This document shows, in pieces, positions 10,950-20,945 of a stretch of DNA of 64,000 nt. The DNA comes from Candidatus Dadabacteria bacterium (GTDB lineage: Bacteria > Desulfobacterota_D > UBA1144 > Nemesobacterales > CSP1-2). Location: assembly GCA_963805855.1 (NCBI GenBank), contig CAWDVW010000006.1:128001-192000 (forward strand). The letters are read 5' to 3'. The notes beneath the pieces were generated by a model that was not told where the DNA came from, did not search any database, and saw nothing but the letters and a program-made list of their open reading frames with translations. A program made the position numbers and the translations under genes. The first letter of the stretch is position 1, and every line of letters starts with the position of its first letter.

Positions 10950-12137
10950 CTACCTATGGTTGCTATAGTAAATTTCGTTATGACCTGAGGTTCCATCAAT
11001 CCACAATACATGTAAGTTATCCTTACTGTCTACGACTATCTTAGGACCAACGGATTTCCCCTTGCTGTTTGAGATGTTAACGGGTTGCAACCAATCTTTG
11101 CCATTCCATCGGGTGTAAAAAATCTCCTTATTGTCTCGAGCCCCTTCTTCCCAGACGACATGCAGGTTATCATGGGTATCAACAGCGATATCGGGTTGGA
11201 TAGATGCCTCGGCGCTATGAGAAATATTGACATTTGAAGACCACCCAGCTCCGTTTCCCGAGCTATAAAGAATATCTTGACCTCTTGCGGCCTCATCACT
11301 CCAGACTACGTGTGCCTTATCCTGAGTGTCCACTACGACCGCAGGGCTCAGAGAGTGCCCTGGGTTTTTCGATATATTAATAGGAGGGGACCATTTTTCC
11401 CCATCCCGTTTTGTATAAAATATTTCAGGAATGCCTGTGCTAAAATCGTGCCAGACCACATGCAGGTTATCATGGCTATCAATTGAAATACTAGGGAGAT
11501 AAGACCCCATGCCTTCTGCGTCATCAGAGATTTTTGTGATATTTGACCAATCCTTTCCATTCCACTCCCCGTAGTAAGTTTCGCTCCTGTGATCTGAGAC
11601 GCCATTCCAAATTACATGTGGTCTGCTGTTAGGACCAATTGCAATCCTGGGATAATAAGCAGCTTCGGAACTATCGGAGATAGTTATCGGAGTTGACCAG
11701 TTCTTTCCATTTCCTTTGCTATAGTAAATAGCCTTCGTGCCTGAGGTCTTATCACTCCATACTATATGAATTTCTCCGCTCCGATCAATGGCAATAGCAG
11801 GGGTGGCTGATATCCCTGTATTACGGGAAATATTTACGGGCTCAGACCAGTTCACACCTTTACTATAGAAGATGTCATAGTTGCCAGAGGAATTATCGTA
11901 CCAAACCACATGTAAATTATCCTTGCTATCAATGGCGATGCTGGGACTGAATGATATCTCTTTATTTTTAAAGATACTTATAGGTTCCGACCAACTCTTT
12001 TCCGTTGTTCCTGTGAGTGTCTTTTCGGCTCCTTCATCAGCAATAATTGGTCGTATAGCTAACCCAGCAAGAATAACAAGTGCAAATAGTCTTTCATTCC
12101 ACATGAATTCATCGTCCAAAGCCTGCTTTTGAAACAA
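10950..12137 (-). CDS. Secreted repeat protein, probably a beta-propeller (start possibly at 12104)
   Basis: About six repeats of PxIAxDSxDNLHVVW...IFY...WSxPxNIS; N-terminal hydrophobic segment. Confidence 0.75.
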   Translation of the reverse strand: MFQKQALDDEFMWNERLFALVILAGLAIRPIIADEGAEKTLTGTTEKSWSEPISIFKNKEISFSPSIAIDSKDNLHVVWYDNSSGNYDIFYSKGVNWSEPVNISRNTGISATPAIAIDRSGEIHIVWSDKTSGTKAIYYSKGNGKNWSTPITISDSSEAAYYPRIAIGPNSRPHVIWNGVSDHRSETYYGEWNGKDWSNITKISDDAEGMGSYLPSISIDSHDNLHVVWHDFSTGIPEIFYTKRDGEKWSPPINISKNPGHSLSPAVVVDTQDKAHVVWSDEAARGQDILYSSGNGAGWSSNVNISHSAEASIQPDIAVDTHDNLHVVWEEGARDNKEIFYTRWNGKDWLQPVNISNSKGKSVGPKIVVDSKDNLHVLWIDGTSGHNEIYYSNHR

Positions 12138-12314
12138 CCGGTAGTTTTCGGCTTAAGCAGCGGAGATCAAGAAGTACAGACTCTACAATTATTCGTTTTG
12201 ACGGTCCTAGTGTGCCCAACTCTGCGTGAAGCCAATCACAACAGGTTTAGAAGCAGTTCTCATGAAATATTAACGCCTGAATACTGCGATCGAAAACCCC
12301 ACGTACGAGAATCT

Positions 12315-13115
12315 TCAGTTGTCTGGTGCCCCGTCGTCAATCCACTCCTCAATTATAAGAACCTCATCATTCGGTCCGTCCCGCGGGACGCTCGTAGAGA
12401 TATTCCAGGGCATGCGATTGTTTCTCAGCCGCGACCTGAGTGAACTGTTTCCCGCATCGAAGGGAATGACAATTGGTTCTTCACCAGCATCAGCCCCAAG
12501 CAGGATTCCGTCATAACTTCCCATATCCAGGTCATGCGCGCCCCCTATCCCGGTGTGACAACCGGCAGCATCACAGGATAGAGACCCCGGAAACCAGACA
12601 TCGGGCTCGGTAAAAAGCGGAAGAACATCGTCGTCGAAGTTCCTGGTAACGTCATCTCTATCATCGAAATCCCCATCTGGTGCCCCTGCATCAATCCAGT
12701 CCTCGACGATAAGGACCTCGCCATTCGGGCCATTCCTCGGAACACTGGTAGAGATATTCCAGGGCATGCGATTGTTTCTCAGCCGCGACCTGAGTGAACT
12801 GTTTCCCGCATCGAAGGGAATGACAATTGGTTCTTCACCAGCATCAGCCCCAAGCAGGATTCCGTCATAACTTCCCATATTCAGGTCATGCGCGCCCCCT
12901 ATCCCGGTGTGACAACCGGCAGCATCACAGGATAGAGACCCCGGAAACCAAACGTCATTCTGGGTGAAAAGCGGAAGGACGTCCCTGGAGAAGCTAACCC
13001 CCCCCGGGCCTTTGTGCCCATCATCATTACAACTTGCTATAAATAGAGTCATGGTGAAGAATAGAGCAGCTGAGATCAGGAAAAGCCGCCCTCTATGGTT
13101 TTTGGCTTTAGCCAT
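12315..13115 (-). CDS. Lipoprotein with two tandem cytochrome c-like domains (planctomycete-type), CX4CH motifs
   Basis: Lipobox IASC; two copies of F-x-x-DVLPLF...CDAAGCH...MP...WIDxGA. Confidence 0.75.
   Translation of the reverse strand: MAKAKNHRGRLFLISAALFFTMTLFIASCNDDGHKGPGGVSFSRDVLPLFTQNDVWFPGSLSCDAAGCHTGIGGAHDLNMGSYDGILLGADAGEEPIVIPFDAGNSSLRSRLRNNRMPWNISTSVPRNGPNGEVLIVEDWIDAGAPDGDFDDRDDVTRNFDDDVLPLFTEPDVWFPGSLSCDAAGCHTGIGGAHDLDMGSYDGILLGADAGEEPIVIPFDAGNSSLRSRLRNNRMPWNISTSVPRDGPNDEVLIIEEWIDDGAPDN
12394..12950. repeat. Intragenic direct repeat, 203 bp (12394-12596 and 12748-12950)
   Basis: Copies identical apart from one substitution I could see (atccagg/attcagg). Confidence 0.9.
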
Positions 13116-13279
13116 ACCAATCCCTCCTTTGCTTTAGATTTTTAAATCTATCACCTATAAGTCCCATGATAGCTTGAATGTAAAATAACTTCAATAATGC
13201 AAATGCATTATTTTTCTACATCATTTGCAGTGTTTTTAAGTGCTAACGGTACTTGGTAGGAACGAAGGCGGGAATAATC

Positions 13280-13945
13280 TCAGATCATCTTATTTCTGAT
13301 AGCATAAGTGACTGCTTCCAGCTTGCTATGGAGACTCAATTTGGTGAGGATATTTTGTATATGCTTTCGGGCGGTGGACCAGCTTATATAAAGCTCTTCT
13401 GCTATATCTTTGGTGCTGAGCCCCTCGGCCAGAAGCCTTAACACATCATACTCACGACGAGTTAGATTGCTATCGGGCTTACGACTCAATGTACTTAAGT
13501 TGTTAATGTGTACATCCTCTTCGGCTTGATCTTCAGGTTTCATACTGGAAATGATCTTTTTTATTAATATTTGTTCTCTCTTTCTCTGAGTTATGTCTCT
13601 AAATATGTGTACGGCAACGTCGAGGTCTTCATGTCTCGAGGGGATTGCAATAATGCTTACATTAATCCAAACGGGGACTCCTCCCTTGGTATGGGCGAGA
13701 GTATCAAAGTTGCTTACTTTCTTTCCTTTTTCGATTGAATCCATCACACAGCAGCTCTTCGAACACAACACTCCACCGCTCTCAGTTCTTCCAAAAATCA
13801 CATTATGACAGTACTTCCCCAATACTTCTTTTGGATTAAATCCAAGGATATCTTGTGCTGATTTGTTCCAGAAGATTATTCTGTGATCGCTACCGATAGC
13901 GAATACGCCATCGGCGGTCTTAGAAAGGAGGTTAAATACGTCCAC
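13280..13945 (-). CDS. PAS domain + LuxR-type HTH transcriptional regulator
   Basis: DGVFAI...WNKSAQDILGF PAS; LTRREYDVLRLLAEGLSTKDIAEELYIS LuxR HTH. Confidence 0.9.
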   Translation of the reverse strand: MDVFNLLSKTADGVFAIGSDHRIIFWNKSAQDILGFNPKEVLGKYCHNVIFGRTESGGVLCSKSCCVMDSIEKGKKVSNFDTLAHTKGGVPVWINVSIIAIPSRHEDLDVAVHIFRDITQRKREQILIKKIISSMKPEDQAEEDVHINNLSTLSRKPDSNLTRREYDVLRLLAEGLSTKDIAEELYISWSTARKHIQNILTKLSLHSKLEAVTYAIRNKMI

Positions 13946-14226
13946 CTACTTTATGCCCCTGTTATTCTAAAGATTTTACTTTTTTGAGCTCTGGCTTCGA
14001 AAAGAGCTAACCTATGCGCTCATTATCTCACAGATTGGAGATGATTGTCAATAAGACGATTTGGATGGCATAAGAATTCTTCGAAATTGCCGTTCTTATC
14101 TTCTAGCTCCTCAAGACTGAGATCAAAGGATGCGCTCGGAGATTTGTTTAAAGCCGATTTCTATGTCCGAAGCTTTTTTTCTCCTTCAACAGAGTTTTTG
14201 ACTTTTTACGTGATGTCACTTGCCTT

Positions 14227-15648
14227 ATGTCTTATTTTTCTATATTAATATTAAGAACTAATAGCATGGTTATTCTTGGTTATGGTTTCATGAGATTCAT
14301 AGTCCTTTTATTTTCCTTTTGCCTGCTTACCTTATTAGTCTCTTCAAAATCGACTGCGGAGCCACAAACACTAATCTTTGATATTTCCTATGAGCATCAT
14401 AAAGAAATCAATAATATCATAGATAAGAAACACGGGGAATTGGAGGATTCTCTAGGGGTGCCCGTGGGTGAATTGACTGTTAATGTTGATCGAAGAGGAG
14501 TGTATAGAAAATACGACAATGGCTATATATATTGGAGCCCTGAGACAGGTGCTCATGTGATTTTTGATGGGCCAATCCTGGCAAAATGGCAAAAGCAGGG
14601 TTCAGAGACGGGCGATCTCGGTTATCCAATCACGGACGAAATGAATACTCTGGAAGGACGGGGGAGACTCTGTAGCTTTCAGGGTGGTCTCATCTTCTGG
14701 AATCCAAAGCTCGGCGCAATAAAGATTATGGCCTTAACAAGCCGGCCCCTTTTGTTTCTACGTAAGAATTTTCGGGGGTCCTGGTTGGACTTAAGGAAAT
14801 CGATAGGACGCTTAAATGGCGATAAATATGAAAGGAATTGGACTGGAATTGCGTTAAATGAATCGCTTAAGGAGGTTGGTTTTGACGACAGCGCATCTTC
14901 GCTGTTCGTACCGGGGGGTTGGAGCGTGATCTTCTATGAAAATGAGGGCTACTGTGGTAAGAACTTCAAAATCGCCGGACCGGCCGCGATATCTGATCTC
15001 AACAGTTACAATGGTGGCGAATTCAATAACGAGATAACATCCGCTAAGGTAATTAGCGAAATCGCTGACAATAGCAGCAAATATGGAGAGCTCGTCCTCG
15101 ACTGGGCTGGTGTCATAGATAATAAAGAGGGAAAAGATGGAATCCATGGTCCTTACGGGAACTTTCACATATTGATATACGACGCGAGCGAGCCTTGTTA
15201 TGGTGAAAGGTCATCCTATCCGGTTCCACTCCGTCATATAGTTCTTCCCGGTCCCAACAATACCGGAAATATGTGTGAGTGGGAGGATGGTGACCAGAAG
15301 GACTACGACAGGCTTGGCCTCTTTCAGTGGCGCGATGAAGGAGATTCTGTGAAAGTGTTCATATACGAGAGTGACCCAAGCAGGGAATTGCCAAAACTAA
15401 TCTCAAGGAAGCATGACCCTGTTTTTTGTCAGGTTATAGATCGAAATGAAGGCGATCCCGAATTTTTTCCGAGCAATATTCCCGCAATGAGACACACTAT
15501 TGTCTCGGGCAAGAATCGATCTAAATTCTGGATTGACAAAGTGAGATCGATTTGGGATAAAGGCTTAGAATCAGATATGCCTTCCATGTTCGTGGAGCTG
15601 GAGACTGTATACGATGGTGCGCACACCTATAATGACAGGGAATTATAG
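14227..15648 (+). CDS. Secreted protein with LGFP repeats and a beta/gamma-crystallin-like domain (start probably near 14290)
   Basis: LGVP/LGYPITDE and YIYWSPETGAH repeats; DDSASSLFVPGGWSVIFYENEGY and NNEITSAKV motifs. Confidence 0.7.
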   Translation: MSYFSILILRTNSMVILGYGFMRFIVLLFSFCLLTLLVSSKSTAEPQTLIFDISYEHHKEINNIIDKKHGELEDSLGVPVGELTVNVDRRGVYRKYDNGYIYWSPETGAHVIFDGPILAKWQKQGSETGDLGYPITDEMNTLEGRGRLCSFQGGLIFWNPKLGAIKIMALTSRPLLFLRKNFRGSWLDLRKSIGRLNGDKYERNWTGIALNESLKEVGFDDSASSLFVPGGWSVIFYENEGYCGKNFKIAGPAAISDLNSYNGGEFNNEITSAKVISEIADNSSKYGELVLDWAGVIDNKEGKDGIHGPYGNFHILIYDASEPCYGERSSYPVPLRHIVLPGPNNTGNMCEWEDGDQKDYDRLGLFQWRDEGDSVKVFIYESDPSRELPKLISRKHDPVFCQVIDRNEGDPEFFPSNIPAMRHTIVSGKNRSKFWIDKVRSIWDKGLESDMPSMFVELETVYDGAHTYNDREL

Positions 15649-15880
15649 TCAGCAATCTTATATCTAGAATAAATACACCCTGGAGCACGGGGAGCATGCC
15701 CCAGGGCTAAAAGTGTGGAGTGGATAGAGGAACTTAATTTTCTGTGTCGTGATTTTGTCTCAAGCTGTGTCCTTTGCTTTTGGTTCTTCAAACTCTTAAC
15801 CAGAAAACATAAGCTCAAGGAATAAAATCGATCTCAAACAAAACCATACCAAAAGGTACAACAGAAGTTTCCCTTAACGA

Positions 15881-16132
15881 TTAATATCCTTGGTCAGCTG
15901 GTTCTTGATCCCCAGCAGCTTCGTCAGGCATATCGCCACCTGGTAACTCAGCGTCAGGTGCGTCCGGGTTTGCATTGGGTTCGTCAGGTCCTGGCTCTGC
16001 CTGCTCTCCCTGTTGCTCGGTTTCCTCTTGTTGAGCCAGCGCTTGATGACTCGATATCAACGAAAAGTGAGTCAGGCTTCCGCCTAAAGAAACCGCTAGA
16101 AAAAGAATAAATGAAAGTGTGATTGTTTTCAT
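15881..16132 (-). CDS. Small secreted acidic low-complexity protein
   Basis: AGGAGG RBS, signal peptide, E/D/P/Q-rich tail. Confidence 0.7.
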   Translation of the reverse strand: MKTITLSFILFLAVSLGGSLTHFSLISSHQALAQQEETEQQGEQAEPGPDEPNANPDAPDAELPGGDMPDEAAGDQEPADQGY

Positions 16133-16192
16133 ATCTTGGTATTACCTCCTTGAATTTTTTGGGTTGAATCCCACACTTTGTCTATATACATA

Positions 16193-16208
16193 TGCAACTT
16201 TTATTCCA
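16193..16208 (-). promoter_or_regulatory. Putative sigma54 -24/-12 promoter
   Basis: Minus strand TGGAATAAAAGTTGCA = GG-N10-GC, about 60 bp upstream of the start at 16132. Confidence 0.6.
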
Positions 16209-16282
16209 CATGTTGTTTTGTTAAATATTATTAAACTATATCAGGGAGTTGGATTATAATACGAGCTTATCGAATACGAACT

Positions 16283-16323
16283 AGTGTAGTTTTACACTGT
16301 GTAAGCTGTGTAAAATTACACAG
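16283..16323. promoter_or_regulatory. Tandem palindromic sites, putative enhancer-binding-protein sites
   Basis: AGTGTA-GTTT-TACACT and CTGTGTAA-AA-TTACACAG, 75-115 bp upstream of the sigma54-like element. Confidence 0.55.
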
Positions 16324-16471
16324 ACGCAATTGACAAGACAGCTGATGCAATTTTACCACCCTATTTTGTGTATCTTTCTCCTGTATCAATCCTATAAATA
16401 AACCGGGGTGGATTCTTAAGAAAGTTTTGTTAGCGAGTCAATTTAGGCTTTATATGAATAGAGAAATATAT

Positions 16472-17338
16472 TCAAGTGGAACTGTTTGTTGCTTGTTTTC
16501 GTTTAATTACATTTAAGATGAGACTCAGAAGCATCAAACCTTTATTCCCATCATCGTCATTTTTGAGGGAATCAATGTAATTAATACTTTCCGTTAGAGA
16601 TTCATCATTAGGCGCAATTCTAAGAGCAGTTCTCAATACCTCCAGTGCCTCATCGTACCACCCTTTTTCCGCCAATGACATTGCCAAGGAGTTATATGCG
16701 GGGATAAAATCCGGATATGTCCCCAGAATTTCATCAAATTTGCTTATAGATTCATCTATCCATCCCAAATCTTGATAACAGTTTCCTATTGACAAATGAG
16801 CCCAATAATCATTTGGAAACATTTCAACATGCTTGCGCATCTCATTCAGCGATTCAATTGTCCATCCCATATCGAAGTAGCATAAACCAAGCTGATAATG
16901 TATTTCATTTTTGATATAATCTGAATTCGCATTTGATTTCGCACACGCAGCTAGATCGTGGATGGAATCCTCATAACATCCCAATACCCTGAAAGTTAAT
17001 GCCCTGTTCCATCTAGCCAGCGTACAGTCAGCATCAAGGTTCAACGCATAGTGGAATACTTCGAGAGCATCGTGATACCGGCCTATCCTTGATAGGGTAA
17101 TTCCGAGCTGGCTCCAAAGATATGGATCATTAGGAGTTATGTCCAGTGCTTTCTTAAAGCATTGGATGGATTGTTTAAATGCCCCCATAGAGTCATATGT
17201 AAGGGCAAAGGAAAGATACACGTCTGGATCAAGTGGTGCTATCTCCAAAGCCTTCGTCAACTCGGATATGGCCTCTTCGTACCTTCCTGCTTCTTTAAAA
17301 TTGTCTGCCTTGGTTAATAGCCTTTCGAGTCTTCCCAT
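16472..17338 (-). CDS. Tetratricopeptide repeat protein
   Basis: Multiple 34-aa TPR-like repeats. Confidence 0.85.
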   Translation of the reverse strand: MGRLERLLTKADNFKEAGRYEEAISELTKALEIAPLDPDVYLSFALTYDSMGAFKQSIQCFKKALDITPNDPYLWSQLGITLSRIGRYHDALEVFHYALNLDADCTLARWNRALTFRVLGCYEDSIHDLAACAKSNANSDYIKNEIHYQLGLCYFDMGWTIESLNEMRKHVEMFPNDYWAHLSIGNCYQDLGWIDESISKFDEILGTYPDFIPAYNSLAMSLAEKGWYDEALEVLRTALRIAPNDESLTESINYIDSLKNDDDGNKGLMLLSLILNVIKRKQATNSST

Positions 17339-17553
17339 GATTCAAGTCAGCAGTTAAGAATTCGTTAAAGAATATTTATAATAAATGAACTTGTCAATAT
17401 TGATTAACATTATTGTAGAAATCGGACGATTTGGATATGTAAACGCACAATATGTTACATGTATTCAATCGTAAATCAGATTTAGCTGAATTTATTTTAC
17501 TTCACAAAGTATCCCGGTCCTTAGTAGATTTAATTCTCATTTAACCGTAACTC

Positions 17554-17582
17554 TTGACAAATAAAAGGAAATTAAATAGAGT
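17554..17582 (+). promoter_or_regulatory. Putative sigma70 promoter of the IHF gene
   Basis: TTGACA-N17-TAGAGT. Confidence 0.45.
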
Positions 17583-17627
17583 GAAATTCAACTTATATTC
17601 ACATAAAATTATGTTAGGGGTTACAAC

Positions 17628-17906
17628 ATGAAGAAATCTGAAATAGAAAAAGAGCTTGCGTCAAAATTTAATCTTCAATCACAACAATCTGAAAGGATTA
17701 TTGATACGATCATAGAGCATATGACGAATGTCCTCAAGAATGGGGGGAGAATCGAAATAAGGGGCTTCGGTAGTTTCTTCACGAAAGGGTATAAGACCTA
17801 TACCGGTCGAAATCCCAGGACCGGACATTCTGTAACAGTTCCACCAAAAAAGCTTCCTCATTTCAGGCCAAGTAAAGAGCTTCTAAAAAAGATTAACAAC
17901 GGATAG
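17628..17906 (+). CDS. ihfB: Integration host factor subunit beta (HU/IHF family)
   Basis: RIEIRGFGSF, GRNPRTG, PHFRPSKEL. Confidence 0.85.
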   Translation: MKKSEIEKELASKFNLQSQQSERIIDTIIEHMTNVLKNGGRIEIRGFGSFFTKGYKTYTGRNPRTGHSVTVPPKKLPHFRPSKELLKKINNG

Positions 17907-18041
17907 GGCAGTTAACATTTTGGGATTTATTTTTGAGTTGCCTTACCTTAATCCATTCCCAAGATAGGTTGTTGAAACAAAAAATATTGATTAGGTCTAT
18001 GATTGACTTCTATTATCTATTTGATAGGATTTTAATTAATT

Positions 18042-18569
18042 ATGGCCTTACTCCCTATATTGACATATCCTGATCCAAGATTAAGGAGTAAATCCTCTTC
18101 TGTAGAGACTGTAAATGCAGAAATTAAAAGACTTCTTGATGATATGGCTGAAACTATGTATGATGCCCCAGGTGTGGGACTCGCTGCCTCTCAGGTTGGT
18201 GTCAATGTGCGTGCAATAGTGGTTGATATAGCAGCCCAAGAGGAGGATTCTCCGGGGCTCATCAAGCTTATAAACCCGGAGATTGTATTTTCGGAAGGAC
18301 AGCAGATCGGTGAGGAGGGTTGTTTGAGCATACCGGGATTTGTAAGTCTGGTTAAGAGGAAGGAAAGGGTAACAGTAAAAGGACTCAATGAAGAAGGGAA
18401 GCACGCTGAAATTGATGCTTCCGGATTATTGGCAAGGGTTTTGCAACATGAAATAGATCACATAGACGGTATTCTTTTTATCGATAGACTCAGCAGGTTA
18501 AAGAGAGAATTGTTTAAGAAAAGGATCGACAAGGCATTTGGCAGAAGCGAGACCTACGCGGCTTTTTGA
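18042..18569 (+). CDS. def: Peptide deformylase
   Basis: GVGLAA, EGCLS and QHEIDH motifs. Confidence 0.97.
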   Translation: MALLPILTYPDPRLRSKSSSVETVNAEIKRLLDDMAETMYDAPGVGLAASQVGVNVRAIVVDIAAQEEDSPGLIKLINPEIVFSEGQQIGEEGCLSIPGFVSLVKRKERVTVKGLNEEGKHAEIDASGLLARVLQHEIDHIDGILFIDRLSRLKRELFKKRIDKAFGRSETYAAF

Positions 18570-18748
18570 ACCTTTCCAGATCTTATACAGCTTGCACATA
18601 CCCTTATCCTTTTCACCTCACCACTAGAAAGTCGTGCCCTCACTCTTCTTAAATTCACATTCCACCGTCTTTTGGTTTTATTATTAGCATGGCTAACGTT
18701 ATGGCCATAAAGCGGCTTCTTTCCACAACAATCACAGATCTGTGACAT
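18554..18748 (-). CDS. rpmB: 50S ribosomal protein L28
   Basis: [29 protein letters not shown]. Confidence 0.96.
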   Translation of the reverse strand: MSQICDCCGKKPLYGHNVSHANNKTKRRWNVNLRRVRARLSSGEVKRIRVCASCIRSGKVQKAA

Positions 18749-18881
18749 CGGTATTTCTTCCTTATTGAAAAAGTGAGTGTAATATACCTATTTATTTGAC
18801 AAATTCAAGCCGATTGGATCGTTTTACTATTTCACATCTGCTTCCTAGACAATAAGTGCCTTTTGTCTTAGAATTAGCAAT

Positions 18882-20033
18882 ATGGCTTCAAATTTATCGG
18901 ATGAGATAGCACCTTTTCTCGTCATGGATGTATTGGAGAGAGCCAAGGAGCTAGAACTCGAGGGCAAGAGAGTAATCCATTTTGAAGTAGGTGAGCCCGA
19001 TATTCCAACTCCAAAGGTTATTTGCGACGAAGCCATTCATGCCATTCAAAATGGGGACACAAAATACACACCAAGCCTGGGGATTCCTGAATTAAGGGCA
19101 GCAATCGTAGAAGGTTACAAAGAAAATTATGGGGTAGAGATTGCACCCGCCCGTGCTGTCATAACGATGGGAAGTTCACCTGCGCTGTTCCTAACTTTGC
19201 TTTCGCTTGTTGATCCCGGAGACGATGTGATAATAACCGATCCTCACTATGCATGTTATCCGAAGATCATAAGAATTGCAGGGGCGGTCCCGAAATTATT
19301 TCGGATCTATGAGGAAGAGGATTTCCAAATCGATATTCCTGCTCTTAAAAAGATAATTACAGATAAAACTAAGGCTATCCTAATTAATTCACCTTCAAAT
19401 CCCACTGGTATAGTTTTAGACGAAGAAATAATTAAGGAAATTTCTGAGCTCGGCCCCTTTGTCATATCAGACGAAATATACCACGGTCTGGTTTATGGTT
19501 CTGAGGCTCATTCAATCTACGAATTTACTGATAAGGCGTTCGTCGTTAATGGAATGTCTAAGCTTTATTCAATGACTGGATGGCGACTTGGTTATTTGCT
19601 GGCCCCCGAAGAATTTATTCGTCCCATACAAAAACTACAACAAAACCTCTTTATTTCTCCAAACCCATTTGTGCAAAGGGCGGGGATTGCGGCGTTAAAG
19701 CTTGCGAAAGAACATGTTCGGGAGATGGTGCGACTGTTTTCTGAGAGGAGAGAACTGATGATCAAAGGACTCAGGGGGTTAGGGTTTGAAATTAAAGCAG
19801 AGCCTAGTGGGGCCTTTTATGTATTCGTGAATGCGAAGAAGCTAAATTATGATTCACATGATTTAGCGTTTGATATTCTGGAGAAAGCACATGTAGCAGT
19901 GACACCGGGCATAGATTTTGGATTTGGAGGAGAAGGATATTTGAGATTTTCATATGCAACTTCTATGGACTGTATTGAAGAGGGGATCAGGAGGTTGGAT
20001 AAGTATATAGGTAATAGAATGGCTATTGGTTGA
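18882..20033 (+). CDS. PLP-dependent class I/II aminotransferase (aspartate aminotransferase-like)
   Basis: NSPSNPTG, SDEIY, SKLYSMTGWRLG. Confidence 0.93.
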   Translation: MASNLSDEIAPFLVMDVLERAKELELEGKRVIHFEVGEPDIPTPKVICDEAIHAIQNGDTKYTPSLGIPELRAAIVEGYKENYGVEIAPARAVITMGSSPALFLTLLSLVDPGDDVIITDPHYACYPKIIRIAGAVPKLFRIYEEEDFQIDIPALKKIITDKTKAILINSPSNPTGIVLDEEIIKEISELGPFVISDEIYHGLVYGSEAHSIYEFTDKAFVVNGMSKLYSMTGWRLGYLLAPEEFIRPIQKLQQNLFISPNPFVQRAGIAALKLAKEHVREMVRLFSERRELMIKGLRGLGFEIKAEPSGAFYVFVNAKKLNYDSHDLAFDILEKAHVAVTPGIDFGFGGEGYLRFSYATSMDCIEEGIRRLDKYIGNRMAIG

Positions 20034-20202
20034 ACTCCATGCTCTCATCCTCCTGATTATCTGATATTTAACTAGGGAATTCCCTGTAGCTTGCTATAGG
20101 CTTTCGCATCGCCTGTCATTGCAAACACATTCGCATTCCTCAGTGCAGGCTCCGTCAAGCAATCTCATTTTCGGATTGCTTCGTCGCTTCGCTCCCCGCA
20201 AA

Positions 20203-20578
20203 TGTAGATGTTAGATTTTTCATGGACAAAATCCAAAAAATAATAAATTTCCTCGAAATTTACTCATCCGTCATCCTCGAATCTTCCCCGCCAGAAATAT
20301 GCGGGGACAAGCTTTATCGGGGATCCATTGTTTAATCTTTTATTTTCTTTGTCTTGATACAAAGAAACAAAAATCAAGGGCTGACAAAAAACGCTTGCGT
20401 ATCGAGCGAATGCGAGATATCTATTGCTATAATTAATTAGTTCTCTCAGTCACTTTGCTCCTTCGAGATGACAGTAATGATTGTCACTTTTCTTAACGCT
20501 TCCGGATTTGATTTTGGCAATTTTTTGAATGCCCATTTAAGATCTAAGATACTGTCCCCGAAATATCTAACATCTACA
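20203..20578 (+). mobile_element. MITE copy A: ~26-bp imperfect TIRs, inserted in a REP-like palindrome cluster (~20077-20645)
   Basis: TGTAGATGTTAGATTTTTCATGGACA...TGTCCCCGAAATATCTAACATCTACA; flanks GCAAA/GCAAT; core shared with the copies at 26308 and 36556. Confidence 0.8.
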
Positions 20579-20945
20579 GCAATGACATTTGATACGTTCA
20601 GTTTATATTATGATACCCTGCAGCTTGCTGCAGGGAGTTTCATTTATAAATATAGCAGGATAAATAGAAAGATAACTACCTATTTAGGTCGATTAGAGAG
20701 TTTTATCGCCGGCTAAAACGGGGGATTTGATGAATGATATCAGTTCCTATATAATTTCAGACAAATTCTCCCGAGGATGAGATTTGTTTTGGGAACATAC
20801 ACGATGAACACTCAAGAGTCCTAATATCAAGTTGTTCCCTGTGTGATCATGATCTCAGATAAGCTTTAAGGGCTTCATGTGTTTATCAAACCGCAATCTT
20901 TAAACATTAGTGTAAGGAGCAGGCTAGTACCTTTGGAGGTATGAT

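Noticed and set aside
12394-12950. DGR template/variable repeat pair
   Set aside because: Both copies are in frame within one gene, there is only one visible mismatch, and no reverse transcriptase is in the window.
18554-18569. Convergent def/rpmB overlap
   Set aside because: Short tail-to-tail overlaps are common.
20468-20716. Short ORFs in repeat clusters (also 26276, 36503, 36815, 57195-57516)
   Set aside because: They lie within MITE/REP sequence and frames are not preserved between copies.
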